From positions 11,445 through 75,444 of the forward strand of contig DURD01000007.1 in NCBI GenBank assembly GCA_012837435.1: a DNA stretch of 64,000 bases. Direction: 5' to 3'. Positions within the stretch are counted from its first letter, which is position 1; every line of letters starts with the position of its first letter. The DNA comes from Erysipelotrichaceae bacterium. Lineage in GTDB: Bacteria; Bacillota_I; Bacilli_A; RFN20; CAG-826. The notes beneath the pieces were generated by a model that had not been told where the DNA came from, did not search any database, and saw nothing but the letters and a program-made list of their open reading frames with translations. Positions 38,577 to 46,301 of this stretch are shown one piece after another. A program made the translations under genes and the position numbers.

Positions 38577-41500
38577 TTTAGGCGGATTCTTATTATCTTT
38601 AGGATATACTGAGAATGACAATGTTTATTCATATCACTTCAGTCAATTTGCTTGTGACATTACAGTTGATTTCAATAAAGAAAAAATATACTACCCCGAG
38701 GAAAAGGGCTTAATAGTTAACGAAGCACAAACTACTAATTTTTTAGAAAATGAGAATTTTGTTGTACTTGAGTGCGTTCATAGACTTTTAGATAAAGGAT
38801 ATAATCCATCACATATTGAAATAGAAAAAAGATGGTCGCTTGGTCATTTGCAAAAAAGCGGTCGTGCTGACATATGTGTTATGAATGCCACAGGAACAGA
38901 TATGCTTATCATTATTGAATGTAAAACCTTTGGAAATGAGTATGAAAAAGCTTTGGATGTCTTGAAACAAGATGGCGGACAACTGTTTAGTTATTATCAA
39001 CAGGAGAAATCTACTAAATGGCTTATGCTCTATGCTACAGGTTATGAAAATAAAAAAATAGAACACCAAGTCAATACAATTCCTGTTTTTGATACGGAAA
39101 AAGCTTTAGAAAGATACCAAAAAGATAAAACTATAAAACTATATGAAAATGCACATTCTAAAGAGAGAGCCTTTGAGGTTTGGAAAGATACTTATGAACA
39201 AAAAACATATGATGATTTAATCTTTTCAAAAGATACAATAGCCTATAATATTGGCGAAGAACCTTTAAGAATCAAAGATTTAAAGGACTTCAACCCAAAA
39301 GATAGGATTGTAAATAAGTTTGAGGAGATACTAAGACACAATAATGTATCCGACAAAGAAAATGCTTTTAATAAGCTTACGGCTCTGTTTATATGTAAAC
39401 TCGTAGACGAAATAACAAAAGATGAAAATGATATTGTTGAATTTCAGTATCAATTTGGAACAGATACATACGAAACCTTGCTCGACAGATTGCAAAGACT
39501 GTATAAAGAGGGAATGGATAAGTTTATGAAAGAGGAAATATTTTATGTTTCTTCTGAATATCCTGTAAATCTTTTCAGAAATTACAAAGGGCATAACAGA
39601 AAAAATGCAATAGATGATTTAAAAGAAACTTTTAGAAAGCTAAAATTCTATTCCAATAGCGATTTTGCTTTTAAAGATGTTCATAATGAAGAACTTTTCA
39701 AACAAAACGGAAAAATACTTGTAGAGGTTGTAAAATTATTTGAAAAGTATAGGATTGTTTATCCATCTAAACATCAATTTTTGGGCGATTTGTTTGAACA
39801 GCTTTTAAATCAAGGATTTAAGCAAAACGAAGGTCAATTTTTTACACCTATTCCGATAACACGCTTTATTTGGGAAAGTTTGCCGTTGGAAACATTATCG
39901 TCAAGAACAGGAGGAGATATTTATCCTAAAATAATTGATTATGCTTGCGGTAGCGGACACTTTTTGACTGAAGGCATAGATATTTTAAACAGTATTCATA
40001 AAAGTGAAAATAATGATTGGGTACGAGGAAAAATCTTCGGCATTGAAAAGGATTATAGACTTGCTAGAGTTTCAAAAATTTCTTTATTTATGAATGGTGT
40101 CGGCGGAGGAAACATAATTTTCGGTGATGGACTTGATAATCACAAAGAAAAGGACATCGAGAATAACAGCTTTGATATTCTTGTTGCTAACCCACCTTAT
40201 TCAGTGAAAGCTTTTAAATCTCATTTACAACTCGAAGACAACGAGTTTGAACTCATAAATTTAATTTCTAACGAGGGTAGCGAAATTGAAGTATTATTTG
40301 TTGAAAGGATTTCGCAATTAGTAAAACCGAACGGGGTAGCTGCTGTTATACTTCCCTCAACAATATTAAGTAACACTTCTAATAGCTACATTGGTGCAAG
40401 GGAAGCAATATTAAAAAACTTTAAGATACGAGCTATTGTACAATTAAATGACAAAACCTTTGGGGCGACTGGGACTAATACCGTGGTCTTATTTTTAGAG
40501 AAATATAATGAGCCGCCAAAGCATTTCAAAATGATGGAAGATTCTGTAGAGGCAATTTTCAGTTTACAGACTTCAAAAGAATGGAAAGACGATGAGATAT
40601 TAAATGACTATGTAGACCATATAGGTATAGATACCTCTACCTATTCAGATTTTCTTGAGGAAAAAAGAGATTATAACGAATGGAAAGACGATGAATATTT
40701 TTCAATGTATTTGGATGCCTTTTTAAACTCAACAGAATTTAAAAACATGAATAGTAAAAACTTTTTTAAAAAACTGACTGATCAAGAACAGAAACTGAAG
40801 CTCAATACCACATTTTACAATGATGTAAAAAAAATTGAAAAGGATAAGCTGCTTTATTTCTCCTTAGCAAGAAATAATAAAACCTTAGTTATAAAAGCAC
40901 CTACAACAGCCAACGGACAATATGAGTTTTTAGGTTATCAATGGTCTAAAAGAAAAGGTAATGAGGGAATACAAGTGCAAAATCTTGGCGGGAAACTTTA
41001 CGACCCCAAAAATAGAGAAAGCAAAAAACACATATCTCCACTTATCAAGAAAACATTTAATGATAAGTTCGAAATTATGGATGAGGATTTAGAAGAATAT
41101 GTGAATATATTTCAAACTAAAAACATGTTTGATTTTGGTAGAGAAAAGTTTGATAGAGCAATTAGTTTAGTTGAAAGAGTTCTAAAAATAATAAGTAAAT
41201 ATAAATTAGAGCCATTAAAAAAACATATGCTCGTTATAAGAGGAGTAACCTATTCAAAAGATGAGCAAACTTTGAGCAAAACAGATAATGTAGTTCTTAC
41301 TGCCGACAATATAACTCTCACTCATAGATTGGATATAAAAAAAGAAATTCATTTAAATGATGGAGTAGAACTACCTGATGAGAAGAAGTTATTGGAAAAT
41401 GACATCTTTGTTTGTATGTCGAGCGGTAGTACAAAACATATAGGTAAATTAGCTTATATAACGGAAAACCTTAATAAATATGCGGGTGGTTTTATGGGAA

Positions 41501-41805
41501 TATTGAGGCTAAATTCAAAACAAATATTACCTAAGTACACATACTTTGTTTTAACTACAAATTTATTGCAAAAACAGATAAAATCACTCGGGTTAGGTGG
41601 GAACATAAAAAACATTTCGTCAAATATAGGTAATATAAAAATACCAATCCCCCCTTTAAACGTTCAAAAAGATATCATACAAGAATGTGAAAAAGTCGAA
41701 AGCAAATTTGAAAAAACTCGAATGAAGATAGAAGAATATCAAGACAAAATTAAGGTGATATTTGAAGAACTTGATGTGTTGAAATTTAGCGGGGGGGGGG
41801 TATAA
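38557..41805 (+). CDS. Single-chain restriction-modification enzyme, Type IIB/IIG-like. Domains are an N-terminal PD-(D/E)xK nuclease, a gamma-class N6-adenine methyltransferase and one HsdS-type target-recognition domain. It terminates 3 codons after a G10 tract.
   Basis: Nuclease motif ...RADICVMN...DMLIIIECK. MTase motif I IIDYACGSGHFL and motif IV LVANPPY. A C-terminal TRD with the conserved IKIPIPPLNVQKDI and a coiled-coil tail. GAGG RBS before ATG 38557. The track uses the upstream in-frame ATG at 38545. The sequence ends ...KFSGGGV* across GGGGGGGGGG. Confidence 0.75.
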   Translation: MMITIDNLGGFLLSLGYTENDNVYSYHFSQFACDITVDFNKEKIYYPEEKGLIVNEAQTTNFLENENFVVLECVHRLLDKGYNPSHIEIEKRWSLGHLQKSGRADICVMNATGTDMLIIIECKTFGNEYEKALDVLKQDGGQLFSYYQQEKSTKWLMLYATGYENKKIEHQVNTIPVFDTEKALERYQKDKTIKLYENAHSKERAFEVWKDTYEQKTYDDLIFSKDTIAYNIGEEPLRIKDLKDFNPKDRIVNKFEEILRHNNVSDKENAFNKLTALFICKLVDEITKDENDIVEFQYQFGTDTYETLLDRLQRLYKEGMDKFMKEEIFYVSSEYPVNLFRNYKGHNRKNAIDDLKETFRKLKFYSNSDFAFKDVHNEELFKQNGKILVEVVKLFEKYRIVYPSKHQFLGDLFEQLLNQGFKQNEGQFFTPIPITRFIWESLPLETLSSRTGGDIYPKIIDYACGSGHFLTEGIDILNSIHKSENNDWVRGKIFGIEKDYRLARVSKISLFMNGVGGGNIIFGDGLDNHKEKDIENNSFDILVANPPYSVKAFKSHLQLEDNEFELINLISNEGSEIEVLFVERISQLVKPNGVAAVILPSTILSNTSNSYIGAREAILKNFKIRAIVQLNDKTFGATGTNTVVLFLEKYNEPPKHFKMMEDSVEAIFSLQTSKEWKDDEILNDYVDHIGIDTSTYSDFLEEKRDYNEWKDDEYFSMYLDAFLNSTEFKNMNSKNFFKKLTDQEQKLKLNTTFYNDVKKIEKDKLLYFSLARNNKTLVIKAPTTANGQYEFLGYQWSKRKGNEGIQVQNLGGKLYDPKNRESKKHISPLIKKTFNDKFEIMDEDLEEYVNIFQTKNMFDFGREKFDRAISLVERVLKIISKYKLEPLKKHMLVIRGVTYSKDEQTLSKTDNVVLTADNITLTHRLDIKKEIHLNDGVELPDEKKLLENDIFVCMSSGSTKHIGKLAYITENLNKYAGGFMGILRLNSKQILPKYTYFVLTTNLLQKQIKSLGLGGNIKNISSNIGNIKIPIPPLNVQKDIIQECEKVESKFEKTRMKIEEYQDKIKVIFEELDVLKFSGGGV
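41791..41800 (+). repeat. Homopolymeric G10 tract at the 3' end of the R-M gene, a candidate slipped-strand phase-variation switch
   Basis: Ten consecutive G at 41791-41800. A 1-nt deletion (or +2) would join the R-M frame to the frame of ORF 41822..42307, which is open from 41783 onward. Confidence 0.7.
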
Positions 41806-41821
41806 ACTGAGTGATCCCAAA

Positions 41822-42307
41822 GTGTTCAGCATATCCATTGGACAGAGAGTGTTGCAAGAAGATTTAACGGACATTGGTATTCCTGTGTACAGTGCAAATG
41901 TCTTTGAACCTATGGGATTAATTGATGATAAGCTATTAAATAATTTTGATGACGAATATATTATCTGGGGCATTGATGGAGATTGGATGGTTAATATCTT
42001 ACCTAAAGGTTATGAATTTTATCCGACCGACCATTGTGGAGTAATGCAAGTAGATAAAAATATCATCAACCCGAGATATATGGCTTATATTCTAGAAAAG
42101 GAAGGAGCGAGACTAGGCTTTTCCAGAACTTATAGAGCTTCATTAGATAGAATAAAAGGCATTTCTATCGAAGTGCCTAATGTAAATATTCAGAACGAAA
42201 AAATGAGAGAAGTTGAAGAGTTTGAAAATCAAATAAGAAGTTTAGAAGAAACGCAAATTGATTTAAATTTTGAAATAAGCAATATTATTAAGAAATATTT
42301 GAATTAA
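41822..42307 (+). CDS. HsdS-type target-recognition domain (second TRD). It has no RBS of its own and is probably expressed only as a C-terminal fusion to the upstream R-M protein after a poly-G length change.
   Basis: TRD-like sequence ending in the conserved ISIEVPNVNIQNEKMREVEEFENQIRSL and a coiled-coil. The track start is GTG without a Shine-Dalgarno. Its frame is open back into the G tract. Confidence 0.65.
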   Translation: MFSISIGQRVLQEDLTDIGIPVYSANVFEPMGLIDDKLLNNFDDEYIIWGIDGDWMVNILPKGYEFYPTDHCGVMQVDKNIINPRYMAYILEKEGARLGFSRTYRASLDRIKGISIEVPNVNIQNEKMREVEEFENQIRSLEETQIDLNFEISNIIKKYLN

Positions 42308-42471
42308 TTAGTCAAACAACACAATTAACGAAAACAAAAAACACTTGAAATTACCGCTACGCAATGTTATTACCATAAAGAGTGCGGCGAGGGATAGTCC
42401 TCATGATCCGCCAGCAACCTGCTAATTTATAGGGTGCTAATGTTTGATCATCGAATCAGTTATGTTTAATT

Positions 42472-42504
42472 GACTCATCGAAACCATGTGATGAGTCTTT
42501 TTAT
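42472..42504 (+). terminator. Strong rho-independent terminator (GACTCATC/GATGAGTC stem, 10-nt loop, TTTTTAT)
   Basis: Perfect 8-bp stem followed by a T-run, about 165 nt downstream of the TRD ORF. Confidence 0.7.
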
Positions 42505-43180
42505 CACAAAAAAAGAAACGTAATGAAAAACCTGACCAAATGCTTTTGTCAAAAGAAGTGACAATTTATTCGTCTAACAACATTGCTTTGAAATGGTAAA
42601 GAAACAACTTATTGCTCTGCTTACAAGAATGGAGTTCTCTGTGAATAAAAATTGACTTTACGATTGGCTATCGAGTTCTAGTCAATAGATTTTCTTTTTA
42701 TTACCTTTGCTTCTTCCGTTAAACAAAGTATGTATAGTCAAACTAGATGATGAAAAAGAGACAAACGCTCTAATCCATTCGTAAGGAATGGAGTCTAATC
42801 TAAAAAGTTTTTGATGAGATAATATGAACATTATTGTATTTTTGTAACAAATATTGTAACATACTGGGGAAACATCATTAATTTAGGAGAGTAAATCACG
42901 ATTCCTCATCCTAAACAGTTCCGATTAACACACAAAAAATTACTTATTTAGAGGTTTAGATTAAATCCTCTAGGTAAGTACTCTCACATCATGATGTTAT
43001 TGATAAATATTAAAAACCATTAAGCCCTTGCTTATATGGAAATATATTTAGTACAGTAGTGTCTCATATCGATTGTTAACTTTGTTCGAAATTAAAAAAA
43101 GTTAAGGTTATTTAACTAATGGTTTTAAGCGCTGAATCAAAAGATAAAAAAGATTAAGTTTAAAATAGCAACAATCGAAA

Positions 43181-45997
43181 GTGCAAAAAGAGTTGATAAA
43201 TCAGGGAGAAAGCCATGGAAAAAAATTTAAATTAAGAAAAGATTCTTCTATTTTGATTAAATATCGGAATCTGCTAACACTTATTATTATCATTCTCGGC
43301 TTTGTCTCTTCCTTTCTTTATCTAGGCCATAATTGTCTCAAGAGTTTAAAAAAAGATAGCGATCAATCTATTAGCCTCGCAAAATCCTTTGCCTCTCAAA
43401 TCAATGTCGACAGCGCTTCCTCTTTAAGTGGTAGTGAAGACGACCTTGAAACAGAGGCTTATTTATCCATCAAAAACAATTTTGAAAAGATGGTGGAAAA
43501 CATGAATGTTTTAAAATTTACTTATTTGTTGGGGCAAAAGGGTGACGATATAGTTTATCTTGTCGATTCTGGAAAAGTTGATGCCCCAAATTACTATCGT
43601 CCTGGGCATGTTTATGCTGAGGCCACCGAAGAAATTAAAGAGTTGTTCATCTCCAAAAAAACCATACTCCTTAAATCTCTAGTGGATGAAAAAGGAACCT
43701 GGCGGAGTGTTGTAACTCCAGTCTTAGATTCTAACAACAATGTTATCGCTCTCTTCCGGACGGATTATTCATTCTCGGAATTTCGCAACCGCATCATTTT
43801 TGAACTAACTGACGATATAGCGATTACCGTCTTATTTTTGTTTTTTGTCATCTTTTTTGTCCGCTCGATCTTTAATTATCAGGGATATAAAAATGTTAGC
43901 GAAGAGAAAAAAGTTACGGAAGCGCTCTATCATAGTATTTTCGATCAAGTTCCTTTAGGCGCTGCGATCATCGATGGGGAACGCTTCATCGATGATGAAA
44001 TCTATGGCAACAGCACCATGAACTTTATGTTCCAAAAAATCCTCGGTAGAACTAGCCGTGAACTAGCGAAAATTTCTTCTTGGAGCAATATTTCTCACCC
44101 CGATGATTTAGAAGGGGAGATGGCCTTATATCGTCAATTTAAAAAAGGCAAAATTGATGGCTATACCATCACTAAAAGGTTTTTGAAGCCTGATGGAACC
44201 TATATTTGGGCTCAGATGTGGATTAATCGTTTTATCGGTCAACACGAGGACAATCCCTATCATCTATGTATCATTGAAGATATTACTAAAGAAAAAGAAA
44301 TCGCCGCGGAATTAAAAGAAAGTGAACGAAGCAAATCCCTTCTCCTTTCTAACCTTCCAGGAATGGCTTATCGCTATTCGAGAGATAGTGATAAACAATG
44401 GACGGTCAAATTTGCTTCCTCGGGATGTTTAGCCCTAACGGGATTTACCGTTGAAGAATTTTTAAAAAGCAAAGATAATCTCAGAGATTTTGTCGTTCCT
44501 GAACACTATGAAATATTAGAAGAAGAATGGTTTCAAGCCATTGCTAACAAACGCAATTTTAGATGCGAATATCAAATTATTACCGCTAATGGGGAACGCA
44601 AATGGGTCATCGATTTAGCTCAATACATCCAAGATGAAAAAGGCAAAGTGATAGCTCTAGAAGGAATTATGCTCGATATCGACGATCGGAAAGAGGCGGA
44701 AAATCAACTCAAATACACTTCTGAACACGACAGTGAAACAGGTTTATTGAACTATACTAGTCTCCAAAAAGATGTGGAAAGAGATTATAGCAAACACGTT
44801 AAACAAACCATTATCGATGTCAACTTGAATACTTTTGTCCGCATCAGCGTGATATTTGGACATTTCTATATACTGTATTTACTAAACGCCATCGCCGAAC
44901 AACTAAGAAAAATTTCTAGCGATAAAAATACTTTATATCGAGCCTATGGCAACCATCTGGTCTTTTATGTTAAAAACTATAAAGATCGAAATGAACTTTT
45001 AGACTTTGCTAAAAACATTAAAAAACTTCTCGAAGAAAAATTAAAACCAGAAGGTATCGGCGCCGGCATTGGAGTTGTGGAAGTGGAAAACGATGGGAAA
45101 CTGGATCTCAATAAATTGACAAAGAGAGTTTATTTGACCTCGAGCCAGGCGATTGCCCGTTATCCGAATGAAGTGGGAATAGTGTTTTTTGATCGCGAAC
45201 TGGAAGTCAAAATTCAACGTCAAGAAGATGTTAAACGAGCGCTTTACGATGTGGTCGATAAAAATGACACTGAGAACTTTTATATGCAATTCCAGCCGAT
45301 TCTCGATCTCAAAACTAATAAAATTGTTTCTTTTGAAGCTTTAGCTAGACTAAAAAATGAAGAATTAGGTAATATTTCTCCTCTAGAATTTATCCCGATT
45401 GCCGAAGAAACCAAGTTAATTATTCCTCTCGGATGGAATATCTTCCGTCAATCGTTTAACTTTCTAAAAAAATTAATTGCTTTAGGATATACGGAGATGC
45501 GAGTTTCCATCAATGTCTCGGCCATTCAATTATTTAGCGAAAACTTTACCACTCTTCTATTTAAATTAATGGATGAGATGCAGATTTTACCGACCAATGT
45601 GAACATCGAATTAACAGAATCAGTCTTCTCTTCGGATTTAGGAGAAATTAATAAAGTGCTAAATGAGATTCATAGTCGCGGATTAACTATCTCTATCGAT
45701 GATTTTGGCACCGGTTATTCTTCTCTTGCGAGAGAACACGAATTAAACGTCGATTGCCTTAAAATCGATAAGTATTTCGTCGATAAATTAATGGAAGTCT
45801 CGAGTGAAGAAGCTATCGCCTCGGATATCATCGCTATGGCGCATAAACGCGGTCATGGAGTCATCGCTGAAGGCGTGGAATACGAAAAACAAAAGCAATA
45901 TTTAATTGATAATAAATGCGATAAAATTCAAGGTTATCTCATCAGCAAACCGCTCAGCCAAGAAAACGCTCTAAATTTACTTAAAGAAAAAGCGTAA
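43181..45997 (+). CDS. Membrane sensor c-di-GMP phosphodiesterase. Architecture: TM, extracytoplasmic domain, TM, PAS, PAS, degenerate GGDEF, EAL.
   Basis: Two hydrophobic segments flank an extracytoplasmic domain of about 170 aa. PAS folds are present (…ITKRFLKPDGTYIWAQMW…; …EYQIITANGERKWV…). The GGDEF position reads YGNHL, so it is degenerate. The EAL domain has all catalytic motifs (FEALARL, NVS, ELTES, DDFGTGYSS, KIDK, EGVE, QGYL). The start codon is uncertain (GTG at 43181 or TTG at 43193). Confidence 0.75.
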   Translation: MQKELINQGESHGKKFKLRKDSSILIKYRNLLTLIIIILGFVSSFLYLGHNCLKSLKKDSDQSISLAKSFASQINVDSASSLSGSEDDLETEAYLSIKNNFEKMVENMNVLKFTYLLGQKGDDIVYLVDSGKVDAPNYYRPGHVYAEATEEIKELFISKKTILLKSLVDEKGTWRSVVTPVLDSNNNVIALFRTDYSFSEFRNRIIFELTDDIAITVLFLFFVIFFVRSIFNYQGYKNVSEEKKVTEALYHSIFDQVPLGAAIIDGERFIDDEIYGNSTMNFMFQKILGRTSRELAKISSWSNISHPDDLEGEMALYRQFKKGKIDGYTITKRFLKPDGTYIWAQMWINRFIGQHEDNPYHLCIIEDITKEKEIAAELKESERSKSLLLSNLPGMAYRYSRDSDKQWTVKFASSGCLALTGFTVEEFLKSKDNLRDFVVPEHYEILEEEWFQAIANKRNFRCEYQIITANGERKWVIDLAQYIQDEKGKVIALEGIMLDIDDRKEAENQLKYTSEHDSETGLLNYTSLQKDVERDYSKHVKQTIIDVNLNTFVRISVIFGHFYILYLLNAIAEQLRKISSDKNTLYRAYGNHLVFYVKNYKDRNELLDFAKNIKKLLEEKLKPEGIGAGIGVVEVENDGKLDLNKLTKRVYLTSSQAIARYPNEVGIVFFDRELEVKIQRQEDVKRALYDVVDKNDTENFYMQFQPILDLKTNKIVSFEALARLKNEELGNISPLEFIPIAEETKLIIPLGWNIFRQSFNFLKKLIALGYTEMRVSINVSAIQLFSENFTTLLFKLMDEMQILPTNVNIELTESVFSSDLGEINKVLNEIHSRGLTISIDDFGTGYSSLAREHELNVDCLKIDKYFVDKLMEVSSEEAIASDIIAMAHKRGHGVIAEGVEYEKQKQYLIDNKCDKIQGYLISKPLSQENALNLLKEKA

Positions 45998-46301
45998 TAA
46001 AGGGAAATAAAATATCCTCGAAGTTATTAGTGATTTTTTATCCTAAAAATATTATTTAATAGGAATTACGCTATTATTATCAGAAATAGACTGAAGCGGA
46101 AGCCTTTCTCACGATAATGAATTTATTGTGTTTTAATAGCGATTATTATATTCTATTTTTGTGATGTTATTAATTAAAGTGAGTAATGTCACATTTTTTT
46201 ATATCAAAAAAGTTAAGATAAACACACAAAAAATGCTCATTGGTTGATTTGAACTTCGCTTTTACTTAAAGTTAGAAAAATAGCTAAATCAAGGAGAGAT
46301 T

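Noticed and set aside
41791-41800. G10 run as a pure sequencing artefact
   Set aside because: Not rejected outright. The exact geometry, with the upstream ORF ending 3 codons after the tract and the downstream RBS-less TRD ORF open back into the tract, is the signature of a biological phase-variation switch. The tract length itself needs read-level confirmation.
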